A stretch of 31,840 bases of DNA from a virus. Its lineage: Duplodnaviria > Caudoviricetes. Made by a program: the position numbers and the translations under genes. The stretch spans positions 1 to 31,840 of the IMG/VR virus record IMGVR_UViG_3300037440_000387; one strand, written 5' to 3'. Of the stretch, positions 24,841 to 31,840 are shown in pieces. Every line of letters starts with the position of its first letter. Positions within the stretch are counted from its first letter, which is position 1. A model generated the notes under the pieces. The model saw nothing but the letters and a program-made list of their open reading frames with translations, did not search any database and was not told the origin of the DNA.

Positions 24841-24934
24841 ACGCCCCGCCGCCCCCTGCCCCCGCGGCACCGAGACCGACCTCGACACCCTCGCCGCCCA
24901 GGCCGTCGCCGCCAACGACGAGGGCCAGTCGTGA
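24818..24934 (+). CDS. Small hypothetical protein, first early gene
   Basis: 38 aa MTNATPAERP...; ATG directly after the operator; GTGA-coupled to the next gene. Confidence 0.4.
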   Translation: MTNATPAERPAAPCPRGTETDLDTLAAQAVAANDEGQS

Positions 24935-25104
24935 CCATGGCCGGGCTGCTCGCCCAGCGCTGCCAGCTCATCCGCCTCCTCATCGCCACCGAAGACCGGC
25001 CGACTCGCGAGCTGCTCCGGTTCGAGGTCCAGCTCCTCGACGCCAAGGCCGGACTCGACGAGGACCGGCACCTGGCTGAGTTCGTGGCGGAGGCGGGGTC
25101 GTGA
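24931..25104 (+). CDS. Small hypothetical protein
   Basis: 57 aa, read by hand, GTGA overlaps at both ends. Confidence 0.5.
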   Translation: MTMAGLLAQRCQLIRLLIATEDRPTRELLRFEVQLLDAKAGLDEDRHLAEFVAEAGS

Positions 25105-25322
25105 TCGCCACCCGGGTCGCCACCTGCACCACGGCCGGTCACCGATCCGCCACCGCATCCCCTGCCGCCTTCGTCCGGACGACCACTCGTCAGTACCTGT
25201 GGCCAGCCGACTGCACCGAGCCGGGGCGGAGACTCATCGGCGGCGGATGCCGACAGTGCCGATCCGACCTCGCCATCGAGGTGGCCGCTGATCATCCGCT
25301 GGTGACGGAGCTGGGGCGATGA
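25101..25322 (+). CDS. Small Cys-containing hypothetical protein
   Basis: 73 aa, SD GGAGG, coupled. Confidence 0.5.
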   Translation: MIATRVATCTTAGHRSATASPAAFVRTTTRQYLWPADCTEPGRRLIGGGCRQCRSDLAIEVAADHPLVTELGR

Positions 25323-25549
25323 TCCCGAAACCGGACCTGCGCGGGCGCGGATTCCGCCGGTGGCACCTGGCCGGGGGCGTCTCGCTGCAAGTCACCCTCT
25401 GGAGAGGTGTCCGGGCTGCGCTCCACACCCTCCAGATGCCGACCCGGGACGAATACGGCACCTGGGGCGCTCTCATCTCCCGATCCCAGGCCGCAGCCAT
25501 CCTCGCCGCCCTGGGCCGCGAGAGGAGTCGGAGTCGTAATGTTCGGTGA
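25319..25549 (+). CDS. Hypothetical protein
   Basis: 76 aa, ATGA overlap. Confidence 0.5.
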   Translation: MIPKPDLRGRGFRRWHLAGGVSLQVTLWRGVRAALHTLQMPTRDEYGTWGALISRSQAAAILAALGRERSRSRNVR

Positions 25550-26078
25550 CGGTCGGCTGCCAGAGCGGTTCTGGGCGAAGGTCGAGGTGGAGGGAGAGTG
25601 CTGGATTTGGATGGCCGCGTCGAACGGCACCGGGTACGGCGTTTACCGCCACCTGGGCCGCCAGCGCCTTGCCCACCGCGTGGCCTACGGGGAGCTGACC
25701 GGACCAATTCCCGTCGGGCTCCAGATCGATCACCTTTGCCGCAACCGTGCGTGCGTCAATCCGGCGCATCTGGAGGCGGTGACGCAGAGGGAGAACCTGC
25801 TGCGGGGCAAGACCATCCCGGCACGTAACGCTGCCAAGACCCACTGCGAGCGCGGTCACGAATTCACCGAAGCGAACACCATGAGCGATAGGGGCTCTCG
25901 TGTGTGTCGCGAGTGCAGGCGTCGGCGGCAGCGAGAAAACTACATGAGGAGACGCGATCGTCGCCTCGCCGCCGGCGAGTGCTACGGATGTGGGCTCCCC
26001 CGTGAGACAGGTGACGCCTGGTACTGCAACGCATGTCAGTCCGCAAACAGGATTGCGGCGCGACGGAGGAGAGCATGA
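25539..26078 (+). CDS. HNH endonuclease (HNH_3 type)
   Basis: ATG 25539; MFGDGRLPERFWAKV...DHLCRNRACVNPAHLEAVT; paralogue of 16736-17281. Confidence 0.9.
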   Translation: MFGDGRLPERFWAKVEVEGECWIWMAASNGTGYGVYRHLGRQRLAHRVAYGELTGPIPVGLQIDHLCRNRACVNPAHLEAVTQRENLLRGKTIPARNAAKTHCERGHEFTEANTMSDRGSRVCRECRRRRQRENYMRRRDRRLAAGECYGCGLPRETGDAWYCNACQSANRIAARRRRA

Positions 26079-26890
26079 CGTTTGTCCCCGAGATGCCTCT
26101 GAATTTTTCGAGGATCAAATATGCCGACACCAGCCCCAAGCACTTCAAGGCCGCGTGCCTCAGCCAGCTCCAGCGCGACACCCTGGGCATGCGCAAGGGC
26201 TCGGTCGGTCACTGCCTCACCCTGGAGCCGGATCGGTTCAAGGAGCGGTACATCATCTGGGAGCACGGCGACCGGCGCGCAAAGGGCTACAAGGCATTCG
26301 CGGCCGAGGCTGCAGCCAACGGGCTCGTCGTCCTGACCAAGCCCGAGTTCGAGGCCGCCCGCGAGATGGCCGCCGCGATCAACACGGACCCGATCGCCTC
26401 TGCACTGCTCTCGGACCCGGGTGCGATCGTCGAGCAGCGTTTGTTCTGGACCGACAAGGAAACGGGGCTCGCTCTCGCCGGCACCCCCGACTACGTCTCA
26501 GTCCGCGACAACGTTCTGCCTGACATCAAGACTACGGCCCTGGCCGAGGTGCCATGGGAGAAGTACGCCGGCCGCCAGAACCTGCACTGCCAGATCGCGA
26601 TGTACATCGACGGCTGCCAGGCGAACGGGATCGACATCAACGACGAGGCGGGCCACTGGATCGTCCCGGAGTCGTCTCAGCCCCACGACGTCGTCTGCTA
26701 CCACGTGCCGAGCGATGTCGTGGAGGAGGGCCGGCGGCGGTACCAGAGCTGGCTCGTCCGGGTCGCTGAGTGCATCGGTTCCGGCGAGTGGCCGGGTCGG
26801 GCCGGGGACGTGCGCGAGTACACGCTGCCGGAATGGCGGCACATGGACGCCGGGCTCGTGATCACCGGCGGCGGCAAGGAGATGTTCTAG
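26075..26890 (+). CDS. RecE/ExoVIII-like PD-(D/E)XK exonuclease
   Basis: GSVGHCLTLEP, VEQRLFWTD, GTPD, DIKT, QIAMY, EWPG. Confidence 0.85.
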   Translation: MTFVPEMPLNFSRIKYADTSPKHFKAACLSQLQRDTLGMRKGSVGHCLTLEPDRFKERYIIWEHGDRRAKGYKAFAAEAAANGLVVLTKPEFEAAREMAAAINTDPIASALLSDPGAIVEQRLFWTDKETGLALAGTPDYVSVRDNVLPDIKTTALAEVPWEKYAGRQNLHCQIAMYIDGCQANGIDINDEAGHWIVPESSQPHDVVCYHVPSDVVEEGRRRYQSWLVRVAECIGSGEWPGRAGDVREYTLPEWRHMDAGLVITGGGKEMF

Positions 26891-27355
26891 ATGCCAACCG
26901 TCCGCGAGGTGTTCCCTCCCAACTTCCTCAAAGCCGAGGACCTCAAGGGGCGCGACGTGACGCTCACGATCGCGAGCTGGAAGCGGGAAGGGGTCCCGAA
27001 GCCGCCCAGCTTCAAGCCTGAGCCCGCGGTCGTGATCGAGTTCGCCGAGCTCCGAGACCGGCACGCGAAGGACCCGGTCCGGTACCCGAAGAACACCCGC
27101 TGGATCCTGGGCAAGCTCAACGCGGCCGCGATCGCGACTCACCACGGGGGCGAGATGGACAACTGGATCGGCAAGAAAATCACCTTGTACCCGGGTCGGG
27201 CTCGCAACCCGCAACTGGGCAAGGAAGGCCCCGCGATCAAGGTCCGCAAGAAGGGCGAACGCGGGGGCAAGCAAGGGGGCCTGCCCGAGGATATGCCCAT
27301 CGACCCGGAGCGGTTCGCGGACGAGCCCACCCCCACAAACGGAGCCGACCAATGA
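26891..27355 (+). CDS. Putative ssDNA-binding/annealing protein
   Basis: FLKAEDLKGRDVTLTI...WIGKKITLYP next to the exonuclease; acidic tail. Confidence 0.6.
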   Translation: MPTVREVFPPNFLKAEDLKGRDVTLTIASWKREGVPKPPSFKPEPAVVIEFAELRDRHAKDPVRYPKNTRWILGKLNAAAIATHHGGEMDNWIGKKITLYPGRARNPQLGKEGPAIKVRKKGERGGKQGGLPEDMPIDPERFADEPTPTNGADQ

Positions 27356-27681
27356 GCGACACAGACCTGGTGAAAGAGCTGGCGCGCCGCCTCGCGGAGC
27401 GAATCGACGCGACCGGACCCGGCGAGTGGATGTACCCCGCGGCGCGGACTTTCGGCGACGGCATCGTCTCCCAGCTCGCCTGGGGCTATGACGTCCTGTG
27501 GTGCTCCGAGGGCGACAACCACCGCAGTGGCGAATGGCCCGAGTGCCCCGAGGGACTCGACCCGAGCAGCGACGAGCACTACGACAACATCGAGACTGCC
27601 CTGCTCTACGTCGAGGATCGGATCCGAGGGTTGCAGAAGATGCTCGGGGCGATGCTCCCCACAGACGGAGCCGACCAATGA
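27331..27681. repeat. 25-bp direct repeat CCCCACA(A/G)ACGGAGCCGACCAATGA
   Basis: Copies at 27331-27355 and 27657-27681, one mismatch. Confidence 0.85.
27352..27681 (+). CDS. Hypothetical protein flanked by 25-bp direct repeats
   Basis: 109 aa, ATGA overlaps at both ends. Confidence 0.6.
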   Translation: MSDTDLVKELARRLAERIDATGPGEWMYPAARTFGDGIVSQLAWGYDVLWCSEGDNHRSGEWPECPEGLDPSSDEHYDNIETALLYVEDRIRGLQKMLGAMLPTDGADQ

Positions 27682-27947
27682 TCGACCTCAACGCCCAGGA
27701 CAGAGCCATCGCCGCCATCCGCGTCGAGCGAATGCGTCAGGAACGCCTCAAGGCCGCCGGCAAATTCGCCGCGACCCCAGCCGACGACATCCCGGACACG
27801 GACAAGCTGCCGATGCTGGTCGAGGAAGTCGGCGAGGTCGCGCGGGCGATCTGCGACGGGGTCGGGCGCTATGCCGAGCTGGTGCAGGTGGCGGCGCTGG
27901 CTCTGGCTTGGCTGGAGTATCTGGAGAAGATGGAGGGCGATTCGTGA
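27678..27947 (+). CDS. MazG-like NTP pyrophosphohydrolase
   Basis: ERMRQ...LVEEVGEVARAI...ELVQVAALALAWLE. Confidence 0.75.
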   Translation: MIDLNAQDRAIAAIRVERMRQERLKAAGKFAATPADDIPDTDKLPMLVEEVGEVARAICDGVGRYAELVQVAALALAWLEYLEKMEGDS

Positions 27948-28093
27948 GTTGCCCAACCTGCGGAGCGACCGGAACCGAGTCCTCGACCGGCGTCTTCTTC
28001 GGCTTCGGCGTCGGCTTCCTCTTCGCCGCCATCGCCGCTGAGTTCTACGTCTACGCCGACTACCTCACGCTCGTGCCCGGGGTGTGCCCATGA
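27944..28093 (+). CDS. Small membrane protein
   Basis: GTG 27944; CPTC plus a hydrophobic helix; coupled. Confidence 0.5.
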   Translation: MSCPTCGATGTESSTGVFFGFGVGFLFAAIAAEFYVYADYLTLVPGVCP

Positions 28094-28494
28094 CCGCCCT
28101 CGAAAAGATCAGGCACCTGCGCGAGCTCGCGGTCAAGGCGACCCCCAGGCCGTGGTACTTCGACAAGGAGGGCTGCTGCTACGGCGACCTCGACCACTTC
28201 CACGGGGACACCACGAACCCGGCGGTGATCGAGCCGGTGACAGGCAACCTCGTGGACATCGAAGAGGCCGACGCCGACTACATCGCCGCCGCCGCGAACC
28301 TGCTTCCCGCGCTGGCCGATGTCGCCGAGTCCTGCCTGGCATGGGTCGAGGATACGGGGGCGTGTCACCTCTGCGGCTTGGGCGCGCTACCGGCCATCGC
28401 CCGCGCGAGATTTACACGCGAGAAACAGCGCCAGACCGAGCACGACGACGACTGCCCCGTGCTCCTGCTCGAGCGCGCCCTGGAGGCCCCATGA
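28090..28494 (+). CDS. Ead/Ea22-like protein
   Basis: LRELAVKATPRPW...ADADYIAAA. Confidence 0.65.
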   Translation: MTALEKIRHLRELAVKATPRPWYFDKEGCCYGDLDHFHGDTTNPAVIEPVTGNLVDIEEADADYIAAAANLLPALADVAESCLAWVEDTGACHLCGLGALPAIARARFTREKQRQTEHDDDCPVLLLERALEAP

Positions 28495-28862
28495 GCTACT
28501 CAGCGCTGCCCACCTGCGCCGGTTGCAAGGTGACCATCTACGGCACCCCGATCCCGGTCCAAGGCGAGGACCATTGCTCGGTCGAGTGCTGCTGGGATGC
28601 CGGGCAAGCGACCAGGTACCTCAACGCGGCCGCCGATGCCGAGGACTACCCGAGCCTCGAAGACAACCTGGAGCGGGCTCAGCGCCGGATTGGTGAGCTG
28701 GCCGCCGAGCGCGACCGGCTCCGGGCGGCGCTGGGCTTGGCTACGGAGCAGCTTGAGGAGGTGTGGAAGACCGTGGGCTGGGACTGCCTCCGCCGGACCC
28801 TCGACGAGATTGCCGCCCTCGCCCCCGCCGACGACCGCGCCGAGCCCGAGGACAGCCGATGA
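28491..28862 (+). CDS. Zn-finger/coiled-coil hypothetical protein
   Basis: ATG 28491; CAGC...CSVEC. Confidence 0.55.
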   Translation: MSYSALPTCAGCKVTIYGTPIPVQGEDHCSVECCWDAGQATRYLNAAADAEDYPSLEDNLERAQRRIGELAAERDRLRAALGLATEQLEEVWKTVGWDCLRRTLDEIAALAPADDRAEPEDSR

Positions 28863-29113
28863 CCCGGCCGGCAAACAGCAACGTGCCCATCTTCCCGGCG
28901 GAGGGCTCGTTCGAGTGGCACTGGCTCCAGCATCAGATCCACGTCGTGCTCCCTGCGGCGGAGCGCGAGTGGGACCTGGAGCAAGACCTCCGACACGAGG
29001 CCCAGCTGGCCCGGTCCTACTTCGATTACTGGCAGGACCCCGACGAGGAAGAGTGGCCCTGGTACGCCGACGCCCCGCACGAAGTACAGGAGTCAGAGGT
29101 CTTCGGGCCGTGA
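28859..29113 (+). CDS. Acidic Trp-rich hypothetical protein
   Basis: ATG 28859, coupled at both ends. Confidence 0.5.
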   Translation: MTRPANSNVPIFPAEGSFEWHWLQHQIHVVLPAAEREWDLEQDLRHEAQLARSYFDYWQDPDEEEWPWYADAPHEVQESEVFGP

Positions 29114-29784
29114 GCTGGATCGACCTCTGCCACCGCGAGGAGTCGCTCGACGGCGACGTCGCGCTCTTTAGCCCCTGCCAGCGGTACCGATACATGCTCA
29201 CCCGCGGCGAGAGCGCATCGAAGGCGACCGGATCCCTCGGCGTGGTCATGCTCAACCCCTCGACCGCCGATGCCTTCGAGGACGACCCGACAATCACTCG
29301 GCTCCGAGGCTTCGCCGCGCGATGGGGGTTCGACCGTCTCATCGTCGCCAACCTCTTCGCGTTTCGCTCGCCAAACCCGCGCGACCTGAAGACGGCCGCC
29401 GATCCGGTTGGCCCGCTCAACGACCAAGCGCTGCAATGGCTGCTCGGGTCCTCGGTCGTGGAGACGGTCCTCGCGGCATGGGGCGCCGCGCCGATCGCCG
29501 CCAGCCGCGCGGCCGCAGTTTGCCGGATCGCCGCCGAGGCGGGGGTCGAGCTCGCATGCCTCCGGATCTCCGACGGCGGCGCGCCGATGCACCCGATGGC
29601 CCGCGGCAAGCACCGCATCCCCGACGACGCGCCGATGATGATCTGGCAGGCGGCCTGCTACTGCGTGCGCGGCGTCGCCGGCCTCGTCTGGTGCCCGACG
29701 CACGGCAGCTGTGAGGGCTGCGACCGCGAGAATGGCGAGTGGCACCCGGGGTGCCCGCTCCACGGCGAGGGCTCCAATGGGTAG
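29110..29784 (+). CDS. DUF1643-family protein
   Basis: GTG 29110; FSPCQRYRY...VMLNPSTAD...DDPTI...ANLFAFR...AAWG...PMHP. Confidence 0.85.
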   Translation: MSWIDLCHREESLDGDVALFSPCQRYRYMLTRGESASKATGSLGVVMLNPSTADAFEDDPTITRLRGFAARWGFDRLIVANLFAFRSPNPRDLKTAADPVGPLNDQALQWLLGSSVVETVLAAWGAAPIAASRAAAVCRIAAEAGVELACLRISDGGAPMHPMARGKHRIPDDAPMMIWQAACYCVRGVAGLVWCPTHGSCEGCDRENGEWHPGCPLHGEGSNG

Positions 29785-30016
29785 CAAGCCCCGAGCTCCG
29801 ATGCGCACCCGCCGCGCCAAGGTCTCCGACGAGACCGCCGCCCACCTCGCGCTGCACGTCCTCGGCGCGGCGAGCGCGGCCGCGGTGGCCCACCGGTGCG
29901 GGTGGTCGCTCCTGCGCGCCCAGGTCGCGCTCGAGCGCCTCGAGGCCGGCGGCCAGGTCCTCGTTGAGCGGCGCGCCGCCGAGGGGCGGCTGTGGCGGCG
30001 GAGGGGGGTCGCTTGA
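29777..30016 (+). CDS. Small winged-helix protein
   Basis: ATG 29777; AAAVAHRCGWS...ALERLEAGGQV...RLW. Confidence 0.5.
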   Translation: MGSKPRAPMRTRRAKVSDETAAHLALHVLGAASAAAVAHRCGWSLLRAQVALERLEAGGQVLVERRAAEGRLWRRRGVA

Positions 30017-30165
30017 GGCAAGCCCGCGACATCATCCCGCTCCCGGGCCGGGCCGTTGACCGCGGCCGCGTCGACGACGAACCTCTCTCGGATGCGGAGA
30101 GGGAGTTTCTCGACTGGCTGCTCGAGGAGGCGCTGAGCGAATGGCAGGCAGAACAGAGCGAGTAG
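30013..30165 (+). CDS. Small protein before the integrase (candidate directionality factor)
   Basis: Read by hand, TTG start, 50 aa ...LSDAEREFLDWLLEEALSEWQAEQSE; overlaps the int start. Role is a positional guess. Confidence 0.4.
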   Translation: MRQARDIIPLPGRAVDRGRVDDEPLSDAEREFLDWLLEEALSEWQAEQSE

Positions 30166-31805
30166 CGATCTACGCCCGCTTTTCCTCGGACAAGCAGAGC
30201 GACACCAGCATCGAGGACCAGGTCCGGCGCTGCCGCGACCACATCGCGAGGACTGGCGGCGACCCGACAGAGGCGGTGGTGTTCCCCGACTTCGCGGTGA
30301 GCGGCGCCTCGCTGGCCCGGCCCGGCTTCGAGGCGATGATGGCCGAGGTCGAGGCCGGCACCGTCTCGGTCATCGTCACCGAGGACCTCTCGCGCATCTC
30401 GCGCGACTTCGCCGACGCCGGCCAGGTCTACCAGCGGCTCCGCTTCCTCCAGGTGCCTCTGATCGGCGTGGCCGATGGCATCGACACGACCACCGCCAGC
30501 GGCTTCCTCACCTACGGGATCAAGTCGGTCATCTCCGCGCACTACCTGGCCGAGCTCGGGGACAAGACGCACCGCGGGCTCGAGGGCCGCTTCCGCGCCG
30601 GCCTCGCGACGGGCGCCGTCCCCTTCGGTTACCGCACCGAGCGGACCGAGGCCGGCTCCGCGATCCGCATCGACGAGGCGAGTTCGGCGATCGTCCGCGA
30701 CGTCTTCCGCGCCTACGCCACCGGCAAGAGCTTCAATGCCATCGCCGCCGACCTCAACGCGCGGGGGACCCCGACGCCCCGCAAACGGAGCCGCGGCTGG
30801 GCGCCGACGTCGATCCGCTCGATGCTCGACAACGAGAAGTACGCCGGCCGCTGGAGCTGGAACAAGACGCAGTGGGTCAAGCGCCCGGGCACCGGTGAGC
30901 GCGTGGTCCGCGCCCGCGCCGCCGGCGACCTGGTCGTCGACGAGCGCCCCGAGCTCGCGATCATCGGCCCCGACCTGTGGGCGAAGGTCCGGGCCCGGCG
31001 AGACACCGTCGCCCGCGCCCACCGCGCCGGGCAGCGGCCGAAGTCGCGGCGGGCCTACGCCCTCTCGGGGATCTTGCACTGCGCCGAATGCGGCGCGCCG
31101 CTCACCATCTACGGCGGCAGCCGGACCGCGAAGGCGTATCGCTGTCCCGACGGCCACGGCCGCGGCAGCTGCGCCAACCGCCTGGCCGTTCGTGAGGAGG
31201 TCGCCCGCGGCGCCGTGCTCGCCTACCTCCGCCATCGCGTCGCCCGGCCGGCCGCCCTCGAGCACCTCCGCCAGCGAGCCGCGGCGATGCTCTCCGCCGC
31301 CGGCGCTCGCCGAGACGCCGAGCTCGAGGGCGCCCGGCGCCAGCTCGAGGACCTCCAGGGTCGCATCGGCCGGCTCGTCGCCAGCGTCGAGGAGGGCACG
31401 GCGTCGGCGTCGGTGAACCGGCGCATCGTCGAGCTCGAGGCCGCCGAGCTCCAGCAGCGACGGCGGGTCACCGACCTTCGCGCGCGGGCCCGCGGCGGCA
31501 TGGCGCGCATCCCCGACCTCGACGCCCTGGTCGCCCGCACCGCCGAGCTGGAGCGCCTTGTCGAGCGCAACCCGGCGGCGGGGCGCGAGAAGCTCCGGGC
31601 GATCTTCGGCGGCCGCATCGACTGCCACCCTCGAGGCGATGTCTACGTCGCCCGCGCGACCATCCTGCCCGGCGTCCTGCTCGCCGAAAACGTCGAATGG
31701 CGCCCGGGTCTCGAGCGCCATTCTAGTGAGGGTAGCGGGGGCACGCTTCGCTCAGTGGAATGGCAGGGATTCCGCGAGCCTGGCGAGTTCCTCCTGGCGG
31801 CCTAG
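30141..31805 (+). CDS. int: Large serine recombinase (integrase)
   Basis: IYARFSS catalytic Ser, DLSRISR, PFGY, W..TSIRSMLDNEKYAG, LSGILHCAECG...YRC...C zinc ribbon, coiled coil. Confidence 0.95.
   Translation: MAGRTERVAIYARFSSDKQSDTSIEDQVRRCRDHIARTGGDPTEAVVFPDFAVSGASLARPGFEAMMAEVEAGTVSVIVTEDLSRISRDFADAGQVYQRLRFLQVPLIGVADGIDTTTASGFLTYGIKSVISAHYLAELGDKTHRGLEGRFRAGLATGAVPFGYRTERTEAGSAIRIDEASSAIVRDVFRAYATGKSFNAIAADLNARGTPTPRKRSRGWAPTSIRSMLDNEKYAGRWSWNKTQWVKRPGTGERVVRARAAGDLVVDERPELAIIGPDLWAKVRARRDTVARAHRAGQRPKSRRAYALSGILHCAECGAPLTIYGGSRTAKAYRCPDGHGRGSCANRLAVREEVARGAVLAYLRHRVARPAALEHLRQRAAAMLSAAGARRDAELEGARRQLEDLQGRIGRLVASVEEGTASASVNRRIVELEAAELQQRRRVTDLRARARGGMARIPDLDALVARTAELERLVERNPAAGREKLRAIFGGRIDCHPRGDVYVARATILPGVLLAENVEWRPGLERHSSEGSGGTLRSVEWQGFREPGEFLLAA
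31695..31723 (-). terminator. Hairpin, probable terminator on the minus strand
   Basis: Minus strand GAATGGCGCTCG-AGACC-CGGGCGCCATTC (12 bp with one G-U pair) followed by GACGTTTT. Confidence 0.5.
31731..31750. other. Putative attP region resembling an initiator tRNA 3' end
   Basis: Minus strand CGAAGCGTGCCCCCGCTACC resembles the tRNA-fMet 3' end, but no tRNA body lies upstream of it. Confidence 0.5.
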
Positions 31806-31840
31806 CAACATTTCGCCCATCTCGCCGATATAGAGCCCAT

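Larger units (their letters stand above)
1..31805. mobile_element. Temperate phage genome segment (podovirus-like morphology)
   Basis: Continuous integrase, early, switch, replication, packaging, head and tail order with no host genes. Confidence 0.95.

Noticed and set aside
29658-31721. 687-aa minus-strand ORF
   Set aside because: Antisense shadow of the integrase.
1-31840. Reverse transcriptase, DGR, retron or lysis cassette
   Set aside because: No RT motifs, no long adenine-variant repeat pair and no recognisable endolysin were seen.

Overview
The window holds most of a high-GC temperate phage genome with a podovirus-type (P22/T7-like) head-tail module; no lysis genes are visible and the tail region runs off the left edge. 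From right to left: a large serine integrase with a probable attP in its own 3' end (30141-31805); a rightward early operon (RecE-like exonuclease, SSB/annealing protein, MazG-like, Ead-like, DUF1643); a cI/cro-like switch with palindromic operators (23875-24817); a leftward middle operon (CII-like, DNA methyltransferase, initiator with iterons, RepB'-type primase, DnaB-type helicase, LuxR HTH, NDT-like, resolvase); a noncoding region with phased repeats (13474-13780); and a leftward late operon (putative TerS, GNAT, TerL, portal, scaffold, major capsid, adaptor, tail nozzle). Five HNH genes are scattered through it. The most striking signal is a 12-residue portal peptide (KPAGLESGAALR) that recurs, with synonymous DNA divergence, in two small unrelated late proteins. 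Also notable are two Cys-rich envelope genes on the antisense strand with apparent leaderless -10 promoters, and genes flanked by duplicated stop/start junctions. All calls come from motif recognition and gene context, not database searches.
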